In this document: in pieces, positions 1 to 6,194 of the stretch
How positions within the stretch are numbered: the stretch's first letter is position 1
Layout: every line of letters begins with the position of its first letter
Assembly (NCBI GenBank): GCA_013416795.1
Contig: RQSC01001163.1
Span: 1-6,814 of the forward strand
Source: Prasinococcaceae sp. CCMP 1430
Taxonomy: Eukaryota; Plantae; Prasinodermophyta
Length of the DNA stretch: 6,814 nucleotides
Direction: 5' to 3'
Made by a program: the position numbers and the translations under genes
Notes under the pieces: generated by a model
Databases searched by the model: none
The model's input: only the letters and a program-made list of their open reading frames with translations
Told to the model about the DNA's origin: nothing

Positions 1-776
1 AGGGCGTCCCCAAGGAGTTAAAGGCCTTTTACGACCAATAGGAGCTCTTCCTTCTCCACCTCCATGCGGGTGATCTACTGGATTCATTACTACACCTCTA
101 ACTTTAGGACGTCTACCTAACCATCTCTTAGATCCTGCTTTGCCCATACTTCGATTGTTTGCGTCTACGTTTCCTACTTGACCAATTGTTGCTAAACATT
201 CTTGAGAGACTAAACGTACTTCACCAGAAGGTAATCTCAAAGTTGCTAATCTTCCTTCTTTTGCAATCAATTGAGCAATAGCACCTGCTGCTCGAGCTAA
301 TTGACCACCTCGACCAGGCTGTAATTCTACATTGTGAATAGTTGTGCCTAGAGGCATATTAGTTAAAGGTAAAGTNTAGTTAAAGGTAAAGTGTTTCCTA
401 CTAAGATAGGTGCTTCTGGACTAGAAAGTACTTCATCTCCAATATTAATGCCACGAGGAGATAATATATATCTTTTTTCACCATCCTCGTAATGAATTAA
501 ACAAATGCGTGCATTTCGATTTGGATCATACTCAATAGTTATAATTTTTCCTATAGTGTCTGGCTTATCTCTTCTAAAATCTATGCGTCGATAAAGATGT
601 TTATGTCCACCTCCTCGATGACGACTAGTGATTACTCCTCGATTATTACGTCCTTTTGCTCTATGTTTAAATACAGTTAAACTTTTTTCTGGTTTTGTTT
701 TTGTTATTTCGGAAAATTTTGAAACAGTACAATTTCTTGTTCCTGGAGTATATGCTTTATAAACACGAACAGCCAT
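1..776 (-). CDS. rpl2: 50S ribosomal protein L2 (uL2); 3' end runs off the window; frame interrupted by a 17-nt assembly artefact at 360-376
   Basis: ATG at 776-774 gives [15 protein letters not shown]...[28 protein letters not shown]...[10 protein letters not shown]. Removing one copy of the duplicated 16-mer plus the N restores [34 protein letters not shown]...RLPSGEVR...ATIGQVGN...[48 protein letters not shown], open to base 1 (253 codons within the window). No intron. Confidence 0.97.
360..392. repeat. 16-bp tandem direct repeat separated by a single N (probable unmerged contig overlap)
   Basis: tagttaaaggtaaagt at 360-375, n at 376, identical tagttaaaggtaaagt at 377-392. Confidence 0.95.
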
Positions 777-819
777 ATTATTTTATACGTCCTTCTGTTT
801 TTGATTTTTTTTATTTAAG

Positions 820-1119
820 TTAAAAAAATAAATCCATTTTATTATTTGGTGCTAATTTAACAATAGCTCTTTTATATTTTGCGTTTTTATTTTTGCTTCG
901 TACTAAGAAATTTCTTTGTTTTTGAGGAAGACAATGTGTGTTGATTGAAACAATTTTTACAGAAAATAAAGTTTCGATTGTTTTTTTGATGTCTTGTTTT
1001 TTTGCACGAATATCCACATTAAAACTATATTGATTTTCGGCTAATAAATAATCACTTTTTTCTGTTATTATTAAATCTTTGATTATTTGTGTTGAATTTT
1101 TGAACAAATTTGAATGCAT
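820..1119 (-). CDS. rpl23: 50S ribosomal protein L23 (uL23), divergent
   Basis: 99 aa with uL23 pattern IITEKS..L.ENQYSFNV...AKKQDIKKTIETLFSVKIVSINT...YKRAIVKL. It sits directly upstream of rpl2, as in the S10 cluster, and has an AGGAG SD 7 nt before the ATG. Confidence 0.92.
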   Translation of the reverse strand: MHSNLFKNSTQIIKDLIITEKSDYLLAENQYSFNVDIRAKKQDIKKTIETLFSVKIVSINTHCLPQKQRNFLVRSKNKNAKYKRAIVKLAPNNKMDLFF

Positions 1120-1126
1120 TCAATTA

Positions 1127-1131
1127 CTCCT
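1127..1131 (-). promoter_or_regulatory. Shine-Dalgarno site of rpl23
   Basis: Minus strand reads GGTAGGAG-taattga-ATG: AGGAG with a 7-nt spacer. Confidence 0.7.
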
Positions 1132-1170
1132 ACCCATATAATTTTATATTATATTTCTTTATATGTATTG

Positions 1171-1761
1171 TTATTTTAGATAGATATTAATAAGTGCCCC
1201 ATTTTTACCGGGAATAGAGCCTTTTAAAATGATTAAGTTTTGTTCTGTTTCAATTTGAACAATTGTTAAATTACGAATGGTTACCTTATTAGATCCTTTT
1301 CTACCTGCCATTTTGGTACCTGGAAAAACCCTTCCTGGTGTTGTACCAGCTCCAATCGAGCCAGGTAATCTATGATTTTTGGATCCATGGGTCATTGGTC
1401 CTCTGGCAAAATGATGTCTTTTTTGATATCCTGAAAAACCCCTACCAATACCATAACCTGTGACATTTACTAAATCACCAGGATTAAAAATACTAGTGTC
1501 TATTGTTTTTTTTTCAATATAAGAGTTTAATTCTTCAAAATTTTCAAGACGAAATTCTTTTAAGTTTTTTTGTTTTTTTTTCTTTGAATTTTTTTGTAGA
1601 ATAAGACCTAATTGTAAAGCATTATAGCCATCTTTTTCTTGTGTTTTGATTTGTGCAATTTCACAAGGGCCGGCTTTTATAATCGTTACAGGTATTACAT
1701 TCCCTTTTTCATCGAAAAATTGAGTCATACCTAATTTTTTTCCTATAATTCCAACTGACAC
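1171..1761 (-). CDS. rpl3: 50S ribosomal protein L3 (uL3), GTG start
   Basis: 196 aa: MSVGIIGKKLGMTQFFD...GPC...GYNALQLG...GRGFSGYQKRHHFARGPMTHGSKNHRLPGSIGAGTTPGRVFPGTKMAG, a cyanobacterial/plastid-type uL3. The start codon at 1761-1759 is GTG, with GGAGG 7 nt upstream. Confidence 0.97.
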   Translation of the reverse strand: MSVGIIGKKLGMTQFFDEKGNVIPVTIIKAGPCEIAQIKTQEKDGYNALQLGLILQKNSKKKKQKNLKEFRLENFEELNSYIEKKTIDTSIFNPGDLVNVTGYGIGRGFSGYQKRHHFARGPMTHGSKNHRLPGSIGAGTTPGRVFPGTKMAGRKGSNKVTIRNLTIVQIETEQNLIILKGSIPGKNGALINIYLK

Positions 1762-1768
1762 AATGAAA

Positions 1769-1773
1769 CCTCC
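1769..1773 (-). promoter_or_regulatory. Shine-Dalgarno site of rpl3
   Basis: Minus strand reads GGAGG-tttcatt-GTG, a 7-nt spacer, which supports the GTG start. Confidence 0.75.
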
Positions 1774-1950
1774 ACTATTTAAAATAGTATCTGAACATTT
1801 TCTTTTTTGTTTTTTAATTAAAAATTCAAAAAAATTTATTGTTTAAGACATCTTATTATATCATTTTTTTTTTTTTTAATTCTTTTCCGGATTTTTTATT
1901 TCTTGAAATTGTTTTAAAAATAAACATATTTGTTTAAATTTAATTATTAA

Positions 1951-2021
1951 AGGCGACACCCAGATTCGAACTGGGGATAAAGGATTTGCAATCCTCTGCC
2001 TTACCACTTGGCCATGTCGCC
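1951..2021 (-). tRNA. trnC-GCA: tRNA-Cys (anticodon GCA), 71 nt, CCA not encoded
   Basis: Reverse complement folds as GGCGACA TG GCC AAGTGGTAA GGC A GAGGA TTGCAAA TCCTT TATC CCCAG TTCGAAT CTGGG TGTCGCC T. Full cloverleaf, U73 discriminator typical of tRNA-Cys. Confidence 0.97.
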
Positions 2022-2188
2022 AAAAAAATATTTATTGATATTTTTTTGTATAGTATAATATTACAATACTATGAAAAGAAATAACTAACTCTAAAAAATA
2101 AAATTATTTTTAATTTTCTTGTTATTATATATATATATTTATATTATGTTTTTTACCTATTAATTTTTTTATTTTAAAATATTTGGTT

Positions 2189-2193
2189 GAGGT
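2189..2193 (+). promoter_or_regulatory. Shine-Dalgarno site of groES
   Basis: GAGGT abuts ATG 2194 (0-nt spacer, unusable) but lies 9 nt before ATG 2203, which identifies 2203 as the likely start. Confidence 0.65.
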
Positions 2194-2202
2194 ATGATTA
2201 TT

Positions 2203-2514
2203 ATGGATTCCGTAGATTTAAATGTTTCCACTTTAAAACCGTTAGGTGAACGTGTTTTAGTAAAAATGGATAAAACAGAAGAAAAAACAACAGGTGGTAT
2301 TCTTTTACCAGATAATGCAAAAAAAAAACCACAAATAGGAGAAATTATTGCTATTGGAAACAATAAAAAAAATTCAGAGGATTCAGTAACATCAATTTCG
2401 TTACAAATTGGTAATAAAGTTTTATATTCTAAATATGCAGGTACGAATATAAAAATTAATAATGATGAATATATTCTTTTAAATGAAAAAGATATATTAG
2501 CTATCATAGAATAA
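2203..2514 (+). CDS. groES: Co-chaperonin GroES (Cpn10), 103 aa
   Basis: [48 protein letters not shown]...[28 protein letters not shown] contains the Cpn10 mobile loop ([10 protein letters not shown]). It aligns with the cyanobacterial MAAVSLSVSTVKPLGDR start when begun at ATG 2203 rather than the track's 2194. Confidence 0.96.
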   Translation: MDSVDLNVSTLKPLGERVLVKMDKTEEKTTGGILLPDNAKKKPQIGEIIAIGNNKKNSEDSVTSISLQIGNKVLYSKYAGTNIKINNDEYILLNEKDILAIIE

Positions 2515-2550
2515 AAATGCATTCAATTATAAGATATTATTATTTTTCTA

Positions 2551-2555
2551 AAGGA
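2551..2555 (+). promoter_or_regulatory. Shine-Dalgarno site of groEL
   Basis: AAGGA located 7 nt before ATG 2563. Confidence 0.55.
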
Positions 2556-2562
2556 AGTTTTT

Positions 2563-4179
2563 ATGGCTAAAGAAATATTATATAATGAAAATGCGCGTAG
2601 AGCTTTAAAAAAAGGAATGGATATTTTAACAGAAGCTGTTGCTGTAACATTAGGACCAAAAGGACGAAATGTTGTTCTTGAAAAAAAATTTGGAACACCT
2701 CAAATTGTAAATGATGGTGTAACAATAGCTAGAGAAATTGAGCTTGAAGATAGTGTAGAAAACACAGGAGTTGCTCTTATTCGTCAAGCTGCATCAAAAA
2801 CAAATGATGTTGCAGGTGACGGAACAACAACCGCGACAGTTTTAGCTCATGCAATTGTTAAAGAAGGTATGCGTAATATTGCTGCAGGAGCAAATTCTAT
2901 TGCTATTAAAAGAGGTATTGAAAAAGCAACTCATTTTGTTGTAGAAAAAATTGCCGAAAAAGCAATCGCTGTACAAGATTCTAATGCAATTACTCAAGTT
3001 GCGTCAATTTCTGCCGGAAATGATGAAGAAATGGGGAAAATGATAGCAGAAGCCATTGAAAAAGTTGGTAAAGAATGTGTAATTTCTTTAGAAGAAGGAA
3101 AATCAACAAAAACAGAACTAGAAATTACTGAAGGAATGCGGTTTGAACGAGGTTATATTTCACCTTATTTTGTAACCGATGTTGAACGAATGGAAGTTCT
3201 TCAAAAAGATCCTTATATTTTAATTACTGATAAAAAAATTACTTTAGTACAGGATTTAGTTCCTATTTTGGAACAGATTATACGTGCTCGAAAACCTCTT
3301 TTAATTATTGCTGAAGATATAGAAAGGGAAGCATTGGCTACTTTAGTTATTAATACTTTAAGAGGAAATTTAGAAATTGCAGCTGTAAAAGCACCTAGTT
3401 TTGGTGACCGTCGAAAAGCAATTTTACAAGATATTGCAATTTTAGCTAATACACAGGTTATTTCTGAAGAAACAGGTATTCGCCTATTAAATGTAAAACT
3501 TGATATGTTAGGTAAAGCACGTCAAATTACAATAACAAAAGATCATACTACCATTATTGCAGAAGGTAATGAGGATGCGGTTAAAACAAGATGTGAACAG
3601 ATACGTCAACAAATTCAAGAAACTGAATCTTCTTATGAAAAAGAAAAATTACAAGAAAGATTAGCTAAACTATCTGGTGGTGTTGCAGTCATTAAAGTCG
3701 GTGCAGCTACTGAAACAGAAATGAAAGATAAAAAATTAAGATTAGAAGACGCAATTAGTGCTACAAAAGCGGCAATTGAAGAAGGTATTGTACCTGGAGG
3801 AGGTATTACTTTAGCACATTTATCTATCGATTTAGAACAATGGGCATCTAAAAATTTAAAAGATGAAGAATTTATAGGTGGAACTATTATAGTTAAATCA
3901 TTAACAGCACCTCTTAAACGTATTGTTGAAAATGCAGGAAAAAATGGTTCTTTAGTTTGTGAACAAATAAAAACAAAATCATTTAATATTGGATATGATG
4001 CAATTTCTGGTGAATTTTTAGATTTAATTAAAGCTGGAATCATTGATCCAGCAAAAGTAACCAGATCCGCATTACAAAATGCTGCGTCTATAGCATCAAT
4101 GGTTTTAACAACAGAATGTGTTATTGTTGATTTACCTGAGAAAAATAAAAAAGCAAAAAAACGTAGAGATTTATATTAA
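2563..4179 (+). CDS. groEL: Chaperonin GroEL (Cpn60), cyanobacterial GroEL1/plastid type, 538 aa
   Basis: Contains [17 protein letters not shown], the nucleotide-binding [59 protein letters not shown] and [20 protein letters not shown]. Lies 48 bp downstream of groES. Confidence 0.99.
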   Translation: MAKEILYNENARRALKKGMDILTEAVAVTLGPKGRNVVLEKKFGTPQIVNDGVTIAREIELEDSVENTGVALIRQAASKTNDVAGDGTTTATVLAHAIVKEGMRNIAAGANSIAIKRGIEKATHFVVEKIAEKAIAVQDSNAITQVASISAGNDEEMGKMIAEAIEKVGKECVISLEEGKSTKTELEITEGMRFERGYISPYFVTDVERMEVLQKDPYILITDKKITLVQDLVPILEQIIRARKPLLIIAEDIEREALATLVINTLRGNLEIAAVKAPSFGDRRKAILQDIAILANTQVISEETGIRLLNVKLDMLGKARQITITKDHTTIIAEGNEDAVKTRCEQIRQQIQETESSYEKEKLQERLAKLSGGVAVIKVGAATETEMKDKKLRLEDAISATKAAIEEGIVPGGGITLAHLSIDLEQWASKNLKDEEFIGGTIIVKSLTAPLKRIVENAGKNGSLVCEQIKTKSFNIGYDAISGEFLDLIKAGIIDPAKVTRSALQNAASIASMVLTTECVIVDLPEKNKKAKKRRDLY

Positions 4180-4190
4180 TTCTTAAGTTT

Positions 4191-4283
4191 TAGTGTGTAT
4201 TCTAATTTTTTTTAAATTTTTTAAAATTGATTTTTGAAAAATTAATTTTAAAAAATTTAAAAAACATTAAAACATACACACTA
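4191..4283. terminator. Long AT-rich inverted repeat (near-perfect palindrome) at convergent gene ends; probable bidirectional 3' stem-loop
   Basis: 4208-4228 is the exact reverse complement of 4244-4264 (21 bp). Pairing continues inward (g4229/t4243 wobble, attttt/aaaaat) to a single central g4236, and outward via taat/atta and tagtgtgtat(4191-4200)/atacacacta(4274-4283). It begins 11 nt after the groEL stop. The repeat is certain; the terminator role is inferred. Confidence 0.7.
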
Positions 4284-4639
4284 GTTTTAATAAAAAGAGG
4301 AGAAAAAATAAAACATAAATAACCAAAAATAAAAGCAATAATTATCATTAATACTCGAACGCCTGTTTCTTTATATTCAATATAAAAATCATCCGGATCT
4401 AATGAATCTAAATAGACATTTCGAAAATGTAAATATGTAAAATAGCTAAACAACGCATCAATAAAACATATTAAATAATTGGGAAATAAACAAATACCAC
4501 TTAAACTTAAAAAAATACCAATAATTAATACAAAAAAACCAATAGATTCAAATTTTATTAAAAAACAAAGATAAAAACAATTTAAACTTAAAATAAAAAC
4601 TATAGCATATCCCCAAATCAAATCAAAAAAACCATCCAT
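4202..4639 (-). CDS. Hypothetical membrane protein (orf145), no family recognised
   Basis: 145 open codons fill the whole groEL-ccsA gap. The ATG overlaps the ccsA end by 17 nt, with AGGAG 9 nt upstream. About 3-4 hydrophobic segments plus an acidic polar loop (YLDSLDPDDFYIEYKETG). The C-terminus is low-complexity and encoded by the palindrome. Confidence 0.55.
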   Translation of the reverse strand: MDGFFDLIWGYAIVFILSLNCFYLCFLIKFESIGFFVLIIGIFLSLSGICLFPNYLICFIDALFSYFTYLHFRNVYLDSLDPDDFYIEYKETGVRVLMIIIAFIFGYLCFIFSPLFIKTSVYVLMFFKFFKINFSKINFKKFKKN

Positions 4640-5555
4640 AACTATGAACTCCTTTTCCTAAAAGATTTACTCCAAGATAACAAAACCAAATAATAAAGAA
4701 GCCTATACTTGCAATTATTGCTGGTTTTTTTCCTTGCCAACCACGTGTTATACGTGTATGTAGATATGAAGCAAAAATCAACCAAGTTATAAGAGCCCAA
4801 GTTTCTTTTGGATCCCAACTCCAATAAGATCCCCAAGCCTCATTTGCCCAAACTGCACCTGCTACGATACCCAAAGTTAATAAAGAGAAGCCTATACCTA
4901 TAATTTTATAGCTGCTATTATCTAAAAATTTTTCGATTTTTTTATTTTTATTTATGAAACTAGATGACAATTTTTCTAAAAATACACCAGATATGTTTTT
5001 TGTTTTAACTGTAAATTCTGTTGTGTTTCTGTTTTTTTTTATTTTTGTTATATATCCTATTAGTAAAAAAGTTATTGAAAATAAAGCACCTATAATTAAT
5101 GTTGCATAGCTTAACATCATTACACTCACATGCATCATTAACCAAATTGATTTAAGTGCAGGAGATAAATGATTTATTTCGCGCATATTTACTGGAATAA
5201 AAAAATATATAAAAAAACATAATATTGTTATTAAAGGAGAAGTAATTAAACCTATAATAGAATTTAGTTTTTCATTTATAAAACGTTCAACTAATAAATG
5301 AATGAATATTAATGACCACGTTAAAAAGAATAAGGATTCGTAAAGATTACTTAAAGGAAAATAGCCTCCGATATACCAACGTACACCAAGTAATATTGTG
5401 ATTGCGATATTAGCACAAATCATTCCTGAAGTGCCAAAAAGTTTTAACCAATTTATTTTTTTAAAAAAGATAGTAGTAATATATGAAGCTGTTACTATCG
5501 TTGACGCTATAATTGAAAAAAATTCTAACCATGTTTGAGTAAGTATTAAATCCAT
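4623..5555 (-). CDS. ccsA: Cytochrome c biogenesis protein CcsA (Ycf5; system II heme attachment), 310 aa
   Basis: Contains GYFPLSNLYES, PALKSIWLMMHVS, the WWD domain WANEAWGSYWSWDPKETWALITW, YLHTR and C-terminal GKGVHSYGWF. The conserved His residues are present. TGA stop. Confidence 0.98.
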   Translation of the reverse strand: MDLILTQTWLEFFSIIASTIVTASYITTIFFKKINWLKLFGTSGMICANIAITILLGVRWYIGGYFPLSNLYESLFFLTWSLIFIHLLVERFINEKLNSIIGLITSPLITILCFFIYFFIPVNMREINHLSPALKSIWLMMHVSVMMLSYATLIIGALFSITFLLIGYITKIKKNRNTTEFTVKTKNISGVFLEKLSSSFINKNKKIEKFLDNSSYKIIGIGFSLLTLGIVAGAVWANEAWGSYWSWDPKETWALITWLIFASYLHTRITRGWQGKKPAIIASIGFFIIWFCYLGVNLLGKGVHSYGWFF

Positions 5556-5608
5556 TTTTTTTTGGTTTTTTTTATTATTTTTATAATATATTTGTAGTTA
5601 TATTGAGT

Positions 5609-5887
5609 TTACATAATAACTTGAATATTTGTTGAGTTTTTTATATATTGACCTATTAAATTTATGTTTAATTTGTTTGTATTTGTAATAAAAGATTCAC
5701 AATTACGAATATCCCATTCCGTTTCACTTGTGTTTTTTGTATTTGTTATACTGATAGCAATTTCTACACCTCTTGGTTCAAAAAATACAAAATTATTTTC
5801 TTTATGTATTTGTTGTAAATGTAAATGTTCAATCGCATTATATAATTTACATTTACTAATATAATCACAATTTAAACATATACACAT
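5609..5887 (-). CDS. ycf34: Ycf34, small Cys-rich (Fe-S) protein, 92 aa
   Basis: From ATG 5887: MCICLNCDYISKCKLYNAIEHLH...FEP...EWDIRNCESF, matching the Ycf34 pattern MCICxNCxxxxxC...FEP...EWD...CxSF with five Cys (C2, C4, C7, C13, C63). GGAG lies 6 nt upstream (5894-5897). The track's TTG start at 5899 overlaps that SD. Confidence 0.9.
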   Translation of the reverse strand: MCICLNCDYISKCKLYNAIEHLHLQQIHKENNFVFFEPRGVEIAISITNTKNTSETEWDIRNCESFITNTNKLNINLIGQYIKNSTNIQVIM

Positions 5888-5960
5888 AAAAATCTCCAAA
5901 AAATTTATGAATAATTTTAGATATAATATATTATAGTACTAAAAATTTTATTTTTTTAAT

Positions 5961-6032
5961 TGGGTCACCCGGGACTCGAACCCGGAACTAATCGGTTAAA
6001 AGCCGAATACTCTACCATTGAGTTAGCAACCC
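5961..6032 (-). tRNA. trnK-UUU: tRNA-Lys (anticodon UUU), 72 nt, intron-less, CCA not encoded
   Basis: Reverse complement folds as GGGTTGC TA ACTC AATGGTA GAGT A TTCGG CTTTTAA CCGAT TAGTT CCGGG TTCGAGT CCCGG GTGACCC A, a plastid trnK-type sequence. Confidence 0.96.
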
Positions 6033-6194
6033 CCAAAAGTTGTAATTCATATATTAGTACGATAACATATTTTCGAAAAAATAAGAATAGATTTTTTGTA
6101 AATTTCGATTTTTTAAGTTTTTATCATTTAATATTAAATTAATTTGAAAAAACAAGTATGCTTTACGATTTAAAATCATTTAAATTAATTGGAT

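Noticed and set aside
363-776. 137-aa truncated L2 ORF as a pseudogene, intron-split gene or programmed frameshift
   Set aside because: The break coincides exactly with an N flanked by an identical 16-mer. Removing it restores a canonical protein, and there are no intron or slippery-site features.
1774-1936. Short palindromes in the rpl3-trnC spacer (actattt-a-aaatagt 1774-1788, tttttaattaaaaa 1811-1824, taaaca-tatt-tgttta 1921-1936) and a T14 run
   Set aside because: Arms of 6-7 bp made almost entirely of A/T are expected at this composition, and no function can be supported.
2081-2110. Possible CIRCE remnant (ctaactc) upstream of groES
   Set aside because: Only a partial resemblance to one half-site, with no matching GAGTGCTAA arm.
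2194-2202. groES start at ATG 2194
   Set aside because: The SD is directly adjacent (0-nt spacer). ATG 2203 fits both SD spacing and the cyanobacterial N-terminus.
2169-2522. 117-aa minus-strand ORF
   Set aside because: Antisense shadow of groES with no recognisable motif.
1113-2529. 14-nt direct repeat aatgcattcaatta at 1113-1126 and 2516-2529 (the first overlaps the palindrome ttgaatgcattcaa around the rpl23 start)
   Set aside because: A rough estimate for DNA of this AT content and length expects on the order of one such match by chance, and the two contexts are unrelated.
3633-4043. 136-aa minus-strand ORF
   Set aside because: Antisense to groEL. Such open antisense frames are common opposite conserved chaperone genes.
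4642-4836. 64-aa alternative-frame ORF inside ccsA
   Set aside because: Nested in the most conserved part of ccsA, short, and without independent support.
5664-5864. 66-aa plus-strand ORF
   Set aside because: Antisense to ycf34. Its Cys cluster is a by-product of the opposite-strand codons.
5960-6142. 60-aa plus-strand ORF (MGHPGLEPGTNRLKAEYSTIEL...)
   Set aside because: This is the translation of the antisense strand of trnK plus spacer, a classic false ORF.
6033-6190. Short palindromes (6070-6079, 6126-6139, 6167-6177) and possible hidden RNA gene in the trnK-rpl9 spacer
   Set aside because: Chance-level AT palindromes. There is no cloverleaf, GC-rich stem or SD-led ORF.
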